NCBI GenBank assembly: GCA_905178155.1
Contig: CAJINV010000001.1
Coordinates: 9,011,865-9,075,864 of the forward strand
DNA from: Amoebophrya sp. A120
Lineage: Eukaryota; Protista; Dinoflagellata
Direction: 5' to 3'
Length of the DNA stretch: 64,000 nucleotides
Shown: piece after piece, positions 23,798 to 35,233 of the stretch
How the letters are laid out: each line of letters opens with the position of its first letter
Position numbering within the stretch: the first letter of the stretch is position 1
Program-made: the position numbers and the translations under genes
Notes under the pieces: generated by a model
Told to the model about the DNA's origin: nothing
Seen by the model: the letters and a program-made list of their open reading frames with translations, nothing else
Databases searched by the model: none

Positions 23798-26586
23798 TCA
23801 CAACGAAGGAATTTGATCCACGCTTTCGATGGGAAAAACCCGGCGTGCCAGCTTTTGTCGTTTTGGCAATTCCACTCCCGCAAGCACATCGAAAGCCTTC
23901 TCTGCCTCCGACTCTTCCCCTCTTCGCTTCTTGCTCAACTTGCTTTCTCGTGCGCTCTCACCGCCCGTGGTAGTTGCCCAAGTCGGCATTTGCAACAGTT
24001 TCCCATGTTGCTGCAATAGGAACTTCGCCAGCCGTGCGACCGCCGGGTCCTGCTGCTGCGACAGAGCCTGCAGAGAGTAAAACACTTGCACCGGTCGCTC
24101 CACGATCCCGTTCTCGGATAAGACTCCGAAAAGACCACCCTCCGCAGAGAGCACGTTGTTCAGTTTCTGGTGCTTCTGGATCAGTTTCCCCGCCTCCGCG
24201 AGGAACTGTGTGGAAAACCCGGCGCCAGCGAGGTCTTGGACCAAGCCCTCGGTCAACAACGCGCACGAATTCATCGCGGACTTGGAAAACACCTGGGGAC
24301 ACTCGTTGACGCATAACCCGATCAGTTGCAGGATCTCGGCGCGGGCGTCCTTGATACTGGAAGGCGTTTGATGTTCCTCTTGTTGCTGCTCTGCCTCTTT
24401 ATTTTCGCACAGCAGAAACAGTGGCAGAGCTGTGAAAAGCGACGTTGCCACCCACTGCAAGTCGTCGCCGAGCGCCAAGGAGCGACCGGCCGGGGAAGCG
24501 AGCAGCTTGACGGCGGCGCAGAGTGCTAAGCTTGCGTGCTCGGCGTCCAGCCGGGTCAGCGCGTGTTGCAGCACCTCTCGCACCTCCTGCAGGATCTCCA
24601 GCAGCAACTCAACGTTCACGAGCGTCGCGAACTGCGCCAAGCCCTGCAGCGCGGACCGCAACACCGTGGGCGAGAAGTTAAAGTGGACGCGCAAGACCCG
24701 CAGGTAGATCACAATCACCTCGGCGAGTAAGTTATCAAATGTAAAAATGTCTGGGTCTGGAAGATTCTGAGATTTGTCATGCATATTTCGGATCACGCAA
24801 GTCGCGTCTGATGCAGGCGAAAGCATCACAGGTTTTGAGCACGCCTCATGATGCCTGTCCCGCATGAGAAACTTCCTACTTGCGTGCCAAGAAATGGACA
24901 GCTTTTGGCGGTCATGCAACACAAGTTTTTGTGTGTTCCAAAGTTTGCATCACAAGTTCCAACCCTGACCCAGACATTTTTACATTTGATATAAGTCCGC
25001 CTCGAGTTTCTTCAGCTCCAACTTCTTTTTCGTCGAGAGCGATCCTTCCAGCAACTCGCGCTCTATGTCCTCGTCTATTCTGGGTAAAAATGTCCCCACA
25101 CCAGAGTCAAGATGGGAAATCTGCTAGACAAATCAGCCAACTTTGGTTGTTTCGCATGACAAGTTTGTCCCCGTAGTGTAGTCCTGTTTAGCTAGTTCAG
25201 CAGCATCACAGATCTAGCATATCATGCTATTTCTAGCATCACAAATCCCAAAACACGACTACAAAAAGCTTCTCATGGGGCTTCGCATGAAAAACTTTTT
25301 TGGCATGCAGATTTGCTTGACAACTCTGGGGTGGGGATGTTTTTACTCAGAATATCGTCGTCGCCTTCATCATCGGCTTTATTGCTGCTGTCGTTATTTG
25401 ATGTGCTGTCCTCCAACAACTCCCGGGAGCGGTCCAATCGGAGGTGGAGCAGCGTGTTGAGTAAATGCGGGGACAACAAATCCACCTGGCTGGAGGTAGA
25501 ACTACTCGCATATTTGGAAATTTCTACACCGCCAGCTTGTTGTCCCTGTTTGAGATTCTTCTCTCCCGCAGCAGCCGCCGCACTACTCTGCTTGTTCGAG
25601 CTGTTTGCGCAGGCCCGCTTGGCGAAAAGCCCGACGGCGGTGACGATCTCCTTGCAGATTTCCAAACCTTTGTCCTTTTCGATAATGTCTTTCAATGCTT
25701 CGCACGCCGGCTTCACAATCAGCTCGGTTTCCTCCGATTTATTTTCCCGGTTTGTTGCGACTACTTTCCGGTTCGCCAATTTCACCAGAGCCGTGACCAA
25801 GCGGGTCCGGAAGTTGAAGTGCATTGCCTTACTTCTGGTCGCCAGCGAGCACAGCGGAACCGCGTACACGATCGGGTTCTGCTTCACGTTCACGAGCAGT
25901 TGCGTCGTGATTTTTTCGTATTGCTGTAAAAGAAGCTGTTCGAACTTCTGCGTCCGGAGCACCGCACGGGACAAAATCGTTTTGCCCTTCTCGAGCGAAT
26001 TCTGCTGTAGCTTGTATCCGGGAAGGATGTCCCGCAGCACAGCAATGGCGCTGATCAACGCGCAGTGCTTCACGTTTTCTTCGTCCGCAGTTCGGTTGGA
26101 GCGGGCATCCAAAGCCTGGTACAGCTTCATGAAAAACGGAAAGATAGTCGCCAGTTCTCTTTCCGGTTCCGCGGAGACTTGGGTCGCTGTTTCCGCGATG
26201 CTCTGGAGTGCGATCTCCAAACGCAGTTTTGGCCGGGGGTTTTTGTTTTTGGAGCCTGGTGCTATTTTTCCGGTCTCCTTCTGAAAGCATTTGGCAACGA
26301 GAGCGTCGCTCGCAGAGTTACCCTTTACGTCCAAAACATTCTCCTGCTTCTTGGCCAAGCATTCACTTCGATAATCTTTAATCGAGGTTTTTCCCTGCTT
26401 CGCGTCCCGCTTGGCTTTCTGCGCCTCGCGAATCTGTTCCCGCTTTTTCGCCTTGTTGGAAACTTGGTTCGCATTTCCGTCGTTTTCATCCTTCGGTTTT
26501 CCCACCAGTGCGACGCTTCGTCGCTCTTCTTGCAGCCACTGCTTGGACCGCAAGCGTGGCTTTTCATCCATTTCGGAGTCTGACAT
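23798..26586 (-). CDS. NOC3: Nucleolar complex protein 3 (NOC3/CBF family), interrupted by two introners
   Basis: Motifs AVLRDILPGYKL, HFNFRTRL, VIYLRVLR and ALQGLAQFATLVNVEL. A continuous frame is restored by removing the elements at 25076-25354 and 24733-24991. Confidence 0.85.
24733..24991. mobile_element. Introner/MITE, family A (inverted relative to the copies at 29191/29509/49383), direct repeat TAAGT
   Basis: Family A TIRs. TAAGT at 24728-24732 and 24992-24996. Removal gives LEADL/LAEVIVIYLR. Confidence 0.92.
25076..25354. mobile_element. Introner/MITE, family B (TIR TATTCTGRGTAAAAA..TCCCCAC), direct repeat TCGTC
   Basis: Left end TATTCTGGGTAAAAATGTCCCCACACCAGAG versus right-end reverse complement TATTCTGAGTAAAAACATCCCCACCCCAGAG. 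TCGTC at 25071-25075 and 25355-25359. Removal gives EGDD/EDIERELLE. Confidence 0.9.
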
Positions 26587-27651
26587 TTTCTTTTCTCTGA
26601 TGAAATGGTGGAAAGGTTTTGATGTACGTAAGAATAGTCAGTGCACCAGATTGGTACGGTCTTCAACAAGATCGGTAGACAAAGGAGAAACAATAGTGAC
26701 TGATGTCCGTGTTAAATTCGTCGTGTCTCTGAACATGGTTCTAGCGAAAAAATCAGTTCAAACTTCTGGAACAGAGAGATGGTGTGCAGAGTACATCTCC
26801 TCACAGACCTACGTGCGTCTACGGATCCTTGATTTCTTACTTGATCTTTTTTTTCAAGGTGGATCAAGGAATTGCTTCGCCGTGACAAAAAAGTTGATCG
26901 TTTTGGACTTGAACATAGACCTCTTCGTTCCTCTGGACCGGCAAAACAGTTTCGTTTGCCGATCGCAGTCATCTGCAATTTCCTTTTGAGGCTAGATCTC
27001 TGATACAGATCCGGAGTGTTTAAGCTGTTTTCTCACTTGGATCAAGAAGATCTGGCGGTAGTGACAACGCTTGCACGGTTTGGAATTGAAACACGTGGAC
27101 ACTCTTTCAATGGCGTTCTCGCAAACTGATCTGCGAACTCTGGTTTATTTCATTTTCAATGTGCAGCTGCATGAATGTTCATGCGTCTGATGCCATTTGT
27201 AGGGAAGAAGTTTAAAGGTAGAGGACCTACTTGCTATACTAATCGTAACTGGTTCGATGTCCCGCTAGAGCTCAGCTTGGCTGCGCTTTCCTGGTGCAAG
27301 TAGAACCTTTTTCGCCTGTATGACGTACAGGGGATCCGATCTACCTGCCTTCGGGGATATGTCCAGTGCTTCGATGTCCGCCCAGGCTCCTGAAGAATTC
27401 GCCTCTGTATCGCTCGTCGTTTGAAAATAGCTTGAGACGAGGTAGCAGTGAAAGGCGTCGTCGCTCTGCAGCCATTTCTATGCAAAGGAAAAACCGCTCC
27501 GCTTGCACAAATCGTACGTTCATCACTGCTGGTCATGCACATTTATCTCGTGAAGAAGTGTTAGCTGTACGTAACTCTAAGTATTCTATCGCACGTGACG
27601 TTTCCGCAGCGCTGCGTCGTACGATCGTCGGGCGCCGGCCACTTTTCCTCA

Positions 27652-28551
27652 TCATAGCACGTCAATGACTTTCGTCGGAAAGAATCTGTTCGAGAAAACA
27701 TTCAAACTCCGCCCCAAGTCTTTCAGCACACGTTTCGTTTCCCGGAACACCTTCAGCGGCGAAGTCAGGTTACCAAATGTAAAAATGTCTGGGTCTGGAA
27801 ACTTGTAATGCTTGGTTGAGAATAGTGAATGCTCTGTAATGCACAGCCAAGCATGAGAAATATCTGCGCTGCTTAGTGTTGCGCTGTTCGCATGACAAAC
27901 TGCGTCTTTGCATGACAGGCAAAAGGCTCTCTTCTTGGTCACGCATTACAAACACTTCAGTCATGCCAGACAAGCATGACAAACCTTGCATTCTTCCAGA
28001 CCCAGACATATTTGCAATCCATACAGGTAGTCCACGGAGACGGAATTCACGACGAGGTCAAAGCTGTCCTCTGCAAATGGCAGCTTGGGGTCCGTGTTCA
28101 AATTTTGCACCACATGCGAACTTAGTACTGGATTCACCGCCAGCTCCTTCGCATTCATGCCCAGCCCCGTGACGATCAGTTTTACCTTCTGTTGTTGACT
28201 GCTTTCTGTACGTATGGTAACTATCTTGTCTTTACTCGAATCCCCATCCGGTAGCGGCAAATGCGAGATCCAGGAGGAGCAAAGGTCCAGCACGCGGACT
28301 TCGGGCGGATCTGTGCTGCCAGAGGCTTGATCTGCCTGCGCCGCGGCAAGCTCAGCAATGATCTTGGTGTAGTAGGCCGTGGTTGCAGCGATGGCTGGCT
28401 TGTCGATGTGTTCCACGAGTCGCTCGTCCTGGTAAAAGCGCTCGTCGGGGGACTCATCACGCCGAGCAAACCATTCTGCGGGGAACTCGCTGTCGCTCCT
28501 CAGAAGCGGGCGACCGTGCTCGAGCAATTTGGGTGTGGGCTGGCTGGACAT
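27652..28551 (-). CDS. Class I SAM-dependent methyltransferase (type 11-like), interrupted by an introner; 3' end uncertain
   Basis: FARRDESPDERFY..RLVEHID, VLDLCSSWISHLP, GLGMNAKELAVN, QNLNTDPKLPF, SVSVDYL/TSPLKVFRETKRVLK, FSNRFFPTK. Confidence 0.85.
27771..28023. mobile_element. Introner/MITE, family A (subfamily shared with 55277), direct repeat CAGGT
   Basis: TACCAAATGTAAAAATGTCTGGGTCTGGAA...TTCCAGACCCAGACATATTTGCAATCCATA. CAGGT at 27766-27770 and 28024-28028. Confidence 0.92.
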
Positions 28552-28956
28552 CTGTTTTTTCTTTCTCTTCTTTGCAGATGACAGTTTCGAGAGCACAAAC
28601 AAAGCGTAGACAAGGGGAACGATGTTGCACAGAGGGGACGGCCTCCAGAGGAACCTGGACATCATGCTCGCACTGAAAAGAGCCGGCGAAAGCCGGACTG
28701 ATAGACCGAACAAAAACAGTGGACGAGACTGGTGTAGGCTTCATGTGTCCGTAGAAAGAAACTTTTTGTAGAAGTTGTGCGCCGCACCCGCCAGGTTCTT
28801 ACCGATAGATACCGAGTACTGAATGACGACAGCATCTTTATTTCCCAGCAGAACACAAGGCCCAAAACTCGAGGAAAAGGCAACTTCCGATCTACAGGGG
28901 GCTCTACTATGTATCGTACTCAATATGATCGGCGATCAACAGTGTCAAGAAAGGTG

Positions 28957-29862
28957 TCAGGCAAAACTGCCGACTTTGTTTGGCATAGTTGGCTGTCCTC
29001 CCTTATTGAATTTCGCGGCAGGTCGGGCGCGTGACCCCTTCGTGACCCGCTGAATCAACTCTTGCATGCGATCTCCTGTGGCTCGCGCGTGCCTTCGTTC
29101 GATGGCTCGCTTGATCTGCCTTCGCCAAACGGGTAGCTTGGTCTCGTAAAACATAACGTGCTGGTTCACAATTGGGTCGTACTTACGGAGTATCAAATGT
29201 AAAAATGTCTGGGTCTGGAAGAATCCGAACTTGTGATGCTGTCTCTGGATTCTGAAAAAAATTGTATTGCATGACCAGCAAGAGGGTTCCAGTTTGTGCT
29301 ACGCGGAGAGGGCATTTCTCATGCGGAAGGTGCATCAGGAAGCCCTCTAAAAGTGTGCGATGCTCGGTCATGCATTACAGGCATCATGGGTCATGAGAAA
29401 TATGCATGACAAATCTCGCATTCTTCCAGACCCAGACATTTTTACATTTGATACGGAGTGCCATCCGAAACTCTGCCTTCTGAGGAGATTTCGTCGTTGC
29501 GTACAAGTTATCAAATGCAAATACTTATGTCTGGGTCTGGAAGGTTGGAACTTGTAATGCTGTCTGTGGATTCCAAAAAAATCTGTGCTGCATGCCACAG
29601 CAAGAGGGGCCCAGTTTGTGCTCCGCGGAGAGGGCATTTCTCATGCGGCATAGGCATCATGAAGCCCTCGAAAAATCTGCGATGCTAGGTCATGCATTAC
29701 AGGCCTCATTGGTTCTGCAAAAATTGCATGACAAACGTGGCAATCTTCCAGACCCAGACATATTTGCAATGCATACAAGTAGCCCGTCTGCGCAGCGGAC
29801 ACGAGAGTTACAGTGAGCCGCTTGCTCTTGCTTTTTTGCAGTATCGGGGAAAGCGTGAACAT
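28957..29862 (-). CDS. MRPL33: Mitochondrial ribosomal protein bL33m, split by two introners
   Basis: Reconstructed protein MFTLSPILQKSKSKRLTVTLVSAAQTGYL/YATTKSPQKAEFRMAL/RKYDPIVNQHVMFYETK..., the L33 signature LVS.A.TGY.Y...K...RKYDP....HV.F.E.K. Confidence 0.9.
29191..29453. mobile_element. Introner/MITE, family A, direct repeat CGGAG
   Basis: Perfect ~30-bp TIRs TATCAAATGTAAAAATGTCTGGGTCTGGAA. CGGAG at 29186-29190 and 29454-29458. Confidence 0.93.
29509..29775. mobile_element. Introner/MITE, family A, direct repeat CAAGT
   Basis: TATCAAATGCAAATACTTATGTCTGGGTCTGGAA...TTCCAGACCCAGACATATTTGCAATGCATA. CAAGT at 29504-29508 and 29776-29780. Confidence 0.92.
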
Positions 29863-30245
29863 AATGCCGGGTCTGTCCCTCCAAATGACAAAAAGGAATT
29901 CTTCGACGCAAACCAGGCTCTACTTTCATTCACGTTTAGGATTGTCTTCTGTTGGAAGCGTTGCAGCAAAAGTTCGCACATAACATAGCGAGAGGACAAA
30001 AGCGTGTCTAGATCGTGTTCTAGCGAGCACTGTGCCAAACGGTCTCGAAAGTGATCGTATCCAAGAGCTGCGGATCGATATCACAACACGGAATCAGTAG
30101 GAAGGTTCCATCTCATGTTTTTGTTTGATCCTCTTTTCAAGAAAAAAAAATTCAGGACCTACTTCACCATCTTCGGAAAGAACAGCCTTCGAACACGAAC
30201 CCAGAATAGCTCACCAACGGCCGTCTGCCGCTCCACAGCCATCGT

Positions 30246-32504
30246 TTAATGAATGACGCTGGTAACATCTTCTCGATCTTCCGCGTCACCTCGCATGAAC
30301 ATTAGATCGTCTTCTAGTGCAACCAAACACGCCTTGACGACAAAACCTAAAGCGCCGTGACCGGAACTCGAGCTCGTTGACGGCGCATTTCCGCCGGCTT
30401 TCGAGGACGACTGCCAACTGCCGTGCGACTGCTTTGCTTCTTCGCTCTCTACTGGTGTCCCTTCCCCTGGAGGGTGTGCAGCTAACGTGCTCGTCTCGTT
30501 GGATGCGTTTGCTGCTTTCTCGTTCTTCTCCAGCTCCCAATAGGGCGTGATCTTCTTTTTCTGCAGCCAGTTCTCCATCATGGCCTCGGCAATCTGGTAC
30601 TGGCCAATCACTTCGATGTAGGATTCCTTCGGCGCGTTCGACACAAAGTCGGGCATGCCGTGTATGCCGTGGTATGACCCGTCCGTATCGTTGCCCGCAT
30701 CCAAACCCGGCGGGGAAGTTCCATCTTGTTCCCCTGCAGTAGCGGCCTCGATTGCTGCTGGCGCAGATGAGTTTTGGTCCTCTCCTTCGCCCACGACAGT
30801 ACTACTTTGTTCCCCCGGTAGTCCACTCACAGCCTTTCCCCGACTCCGGTCCAGCGCTCGTTTCCGCGCCTCCTCGCGTTTCACTTTCAGGTCCTGGTCC
30901 AGCGCCCCGCCGGTGCCGTGGTCGTTCAGACGACCTAGATCGCCGACCTTCACGAACTGCGGCTTGACGTTGGTTGGCAGCGGGAAAGTTTCGTCGTCCA
31001 TGACGTAGCGGTTCGAGCTCAGGCCCTGCAGAAACCGCTCCGCAAGGTGGAAAACCTCTGCCTTCGGGCCGCTGACAAAACCGATGGCGTTTGTGTGCTC
31101 GCACAGGTCGTAGTACCTGTGGTTTCATTTGATTTATTTTTTTAGGCTGCATTCATTGAGAGACCCCTCCTGCATTCTTGCGGTTTTTCTTTTTACATAC
31201 AGAATGCAAAATAAAACGAAATCGAAATAAGTAAAGCTCTAAATGTACAGCATGTCGTATCCCCAACCGATCGGATTTGTGCCCGGGTCGACCATGTGAG
31301 CCCAGCAATAGAAAGCGTCCTTCCGAAACATGGTCATCTGCACCTCCCAAGCGCGCAGCCTCGTCCCCGCGATTCCGCGCTGGTACAAACTCCCGAACAG
31401 GGCGTTCTTCGAGGCCACGGACATGTGGCCCTCCGCGCGGTAACCCCGAGCCGTTTCGCCGAATCGCGGGTCTTCCTCGCTGACCGCGTCCAAGATCGAC
31501 TGCTTGATGAAGTTGCTGCCGGGCGCCAGGTAGACGAAGGGGGTCGCTACGTTTAACCCGTTGTGCCTCATGACGCCGAGGAACTCGCGGACGGAAAACG
31601 CTTCCACGCTGATATCGTCGAGAATTGCCAGGATGTAATCGAACTGCTCGATTAACGGGAACAGCGCGTTCTGCTCGGCACGGTCGTGCGAAATCTGCTG
31701 TCTCCCGGATTGCACGTACTTGGTGGTTTCTCGTTGATCTACTGCTCGAGCGTGGTTGTTTTCTCGTCCTCGTCCGATAGCGGATACCAAGACCGTTGCG
31801 TTGTCCGATTTTATGTCCGTGTCGAGTCGACCGGGCCTCACCGCGGGATCTGGCATAGCGGAGAGCTGGAGGAAACCGGTCCAGTTAAACCGAACGCGGC
31901 GGCGGATTTCGCAATGCGTAGCGGTGAAATTCCCCAATCTCCGGTCCTTCTCGGTGACTTCCGCAAGAGAATACGCTTCTTCCGTTTTGTACACGTAAAC
32001 CACGCAGCCGAGATGGGGATAGAGATCACGCTTGTGATGTAGCGTACCATCGCGGTTGCTCCTAGGTGTACTCACAGCTCTCGTCGTCCCGTCGGAAAAA
32101 AAGTCCGTTTGGTCTTGGTTGCCATCTGTAGTTCTTTGCGGAGCTGCATGTAGTGCATCCCGGCTTGCGGTCGCGGTGCTTGCGTCATCTCCCTGGTCAA
32201 CATCTGCTGCTTCAAACACCGCTTCAAAGCCACTGCGCCATTCTGCGGCGATGCGATTCAAGGTGTCGGAAATCCAGGGCCAGCGTTCCGCTTCGCCGTG
32301 GCCGGGGACCAGAAGGAGCAGCCGGGGCACGCGATCCTTCGTTGGAAACAAATCCGTGAGCCGCTTCTCCCGTCGTTCAAGCCGTTCGCGCGGACTCCAA
32401 TCCCGTTGCGCTCGGACGAAACAATGCGTTTCCGACGAGAACGTGGCTTGCTGCAGAACCAATGCGCAACGCACGAAAACGGAAAAGAAAACCGAGAGAA
32501 CCAT
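30246..32504 (-). CDS. Secreted/membrane DUF707-like (glycosyltransferase-like) protein
   Basis: Hydrophobic leader. FDYILAILDDI, MRHNGLNVATP and EVQMTMFRKDAFYCWAHMV..GWGYD resemble DUF707 motifs. GT-AG intron 31117-31248 joins the two ORFs in frame. Confidence 0.65.
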
Positions 32505-32766
32505 TTTTATGAATAAGATTGTAGAGGCTTCGCAGCTACAACATCCCCTCTACGACGATTCATTGCTTCTATGCGAAAGATTGAGAAAGTGAGCAGCTCC
32601 AACAACTTTTTAGTGGACACTCGCTCGCATCATTTTCGTATAACGAAACGACAACGACTGGCACAGAGAGACACAAAATAAAGATCGAGCTATCGCTCTG
32701 TCAAAGTTGGTTCACGTTCACACAATCTTGTGATAGTGATTTACATTGAATGTGAAATTTTTATTT

Positions 32767-34524
32767 CTAAGCACAATGAACGCGAAACTGCGTTGGACAT
32801 GAGGGCGTCAGAACTGTCCAACGATAATCATCCAAGCTCTTGCCCTCCCATCGTGCGGGGTCAAACACCGCCTCAATGCGCTCATTCACTTGAATGGCAA
32901 TGCCCGGGGGCGGCTTCTGGGCGGTTTCTCTATCGACGGTTCCTTCTCCGGTGCCAACAGTCTTCCGCATGACCCGCTTGAGGCGCTTCCACATTCTCTT
33001 TGCCCGAGCGTCGAAACCAAGATCACCGACATTCTCCTTGGCATGATCCTGATGCTGATCGTCCGGCTCTTTACAACAAAGAGGCCTCTTTTTCCCAAAA
33101 CCTAGGTGCTCGTCGAAAAACACACCGCCGTCCTCTTCACAAGCTTTGCGAAACAAATCCTGCACAGCTGGGTCCGAAAAGCACATACGCTGCTGCACAT
33201 TTTTACCCACTTCTTTCACGAGCTTCCCATGAGTCAGAAGCCATTTTGCAGTCCAGAAGGGCCTATTTTCGGGATCGAGCCACTCTGACGCGTCGCCGCC
33301 TTCTCTCTCTCTTCCGATATGGCGACCACAGGAGCTGTGAGCAATGCTGCTGGGAGCCATTCGGGTACATCGACCCTCCGTTCCCAGCGACGCAGACCAA
33401 CAAATTGCTGTTTGCAAGTGTAACGCAGCTCCTGTTTCCGTATTGAACAGTGGCGCCGCAGATATAGGCAGCCAACACGCGAGGGACACATCCTGATTTT
33501 CATACTGCGGATGGTAGTGTACCCTCGTTTTTGCAGGCCCAGGACGCGGGCTCGGTGTGCCTGGCGCTCGCGAATCTTTTTCGCATGTCTTCCCATCAAC
33601 GTCTTCGCTGTCTTCGTCGTCGCCATTCCACCAAAAGTAATACTGGTTGTATCTGGATCGCGCTGCCGTCTTTCTCCCGTAGTACCTTGCATCTTCTCCC
33701 CAACTACGTTCGTCTTCACTGTCTGTTTCTGTCGATGCGCCGGAGTCTTTTCGAGTCTTCGCGTCAAGCCCCAAACCGGCTTCGCCATCGAGGTCCCCGC
33801 CCCCGTCTGCAGTAGAACGTGGAGCTTCACATCCGGTTATGTCGCGCAAAAGTTCGTTTGGCCTCGGGTGCACAATGTAGACTCGCCACTTGCTGCGTGT
33901 GTAGTCTAGCTCAAACCCCAGCAGCAAGCACACCGAAGCGTGCTCAAAATCCAGCTCGCCGTTCAACTGCGGAAGCAAGGCGTGCGGCACCAGCCCGGCC
34001 ACAAACATGTGATTTCCCTCTTTGCTTTTTCGAGACTCGGACATCAAGGCATACTGACGTCCGAACGCACTTCCGCGGGGCTCAAGAGTGAAAGTCGGTG
34101 ACGTCGGAAAATCAGGTGGCACGGCTTTGGCTTGGTTGTTAGCTTTCTCATCCCTATTGACGCGTTCCGCGAGCTCTTTCAGCCGGTCTGTCTCCGCCTG
34201 CATGGCCTCAGGCGTGGCGCTCGCTGCGAGACCGATTAAGCATTCCGGGGCCTGACTTTCCCGCGCGGCAAAATCCCTAAATGCCGTTGACATTTGCTCC
34301 GAAAATGGTATTGTGTTCGTCAGCATCAGCGCACCGCGCTGGTAAAAGTGATCTGCGTAAGTGACGCGTCCACACTTGACAACGAATTCGTTCCTTCCGA
34401 CTGGCTCCAAGAAGCTTGGCGTAAGCGCGACAGCTATCGCAGATCGACTGCCATCCTCGGTACCGCGGTTGTTCTCTGGTGTAGTCTTGTGCAACTCATG
34501 CGAGCCGGAATAGTTCTCGTCCAT
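32767..34524 (-). CDS. Hypothetical protein, single exon
   Basis: Uninterrupted 585-aa ORF with no recognised domain. Confidence 0.65.
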   Translation of the reverse strand: MDENYSGSHELHKTTPENNRGTEDGSRSAIAVALTPSFLEPVGRNEFVVKCGRVTYADHFYQRGALMLTNTIPFSEQMSTAFRDFAARESQAPECLIGLAASATPEAMQAETDRLKELAERVNRDEKANNQAKAVPPDFPTSPTFTLEPRGSAFGRQYALMSESRKSKEGNHMFVAGLVPHALLPQLNGELDFEHASVCLLLGFELDYTRSKWRVYIVHPRPNELLRDITGCEAPRSTADGGGDLDGEAGLGLDAKTRKDSGASTETDSEDERSWGEDARYYGRKTAARSRYNQYYFWWNGDDEDSEDVDGKTCEKDSRAPGTPSPRPGPAKTRVHYHPQYENQDVSLACWLPISAAPLFNTETGAALHLQTAICWSASLGTEGRCTRMAPSSIAHSSCGRHIGREREGGDASEWLDPENRPFWTAKWLLTHGKLVKEVGKNVQQRMCFSDPAVQDLFRKACEEDGGVFFDEHLGFGKKRPLCCKEPDDQHQDHAKENVGDLGFDARAKRMWKRLKRVMRKTVGTGEGTVDRETAQKPPPGIAIQVNERIEAVFDPARWEGKSLDDYRWTVLTPSCPTQFRVHCA

Positions 34525-35233
34525 CGTGGTGGATGCGGTTCAGTAGCAGTGTGCCAGTTCCGATTTTATCTCATACATGAAGCAACGAAACTTCAGCACA
34601 GTGTGGTTCTCTGCACTGCGCGTGTGAACAATGTCCTACTTAAAATCTAACACGCCACAAAAAGTACACAAAAAGGCACATAAATGAGTACTGGCTTTCG
34701 GTTTATAATTTTCGCCGTTGCTGTTTACATGATGCGCAAAGACGACCTTGTATTCCTTAGAAGTGGGATCTGCTAAATCGCATCCTGTAAATGTCTCGCT
34801 GCCCCTAGCGGCGCAATTTGCACGGCTTCGTTTTCGCTTACCACTGCACGTGAAATGTTCCCTGGACCAGACAGATTTGTGCTGATCAAAAATTTGATTG
34901 CTCAAGACAGCTGAGCGTTACGCGATCTGTGCCTGTGAAGATCTTCTGTGTTTCGACCGAAATAACTCAGACTGGCCACGGTGGTAAGTACAGGCAGCTG
35001 GACACGCACCGCCATCCAACTTCATCATTTACAACCCAGCTTCATATTTATCAATCATGACAGGTCGCATCACGAGGCGGGAGGAACAAAAGACCCACTC
35101 ACTTTATCCGGTCATCACGTAAGAGCTGCACAACGGCACGATACCGTGTGGATACGTGGATCTCACAAATCATGAGTCAAGCAACTAGACGTGCGGGCCT
35201 CTAGCACCGCCGCGTACTTTTTACTGCATCACA

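Noticed and set aside
29191-29775. Clustered ~30-bp repeats resembling a CRISPR array
   Set aside because: The repeats alternate in orientation as TIR pairs with TSDs, the context is eukaryotic, and there are no cas genes.
2260-34855. CACGTG E-box-like hexamers in several intergenic regions
   Set aside because: Too short, and also present in coding DNA; enrichment cannot be established by eye.
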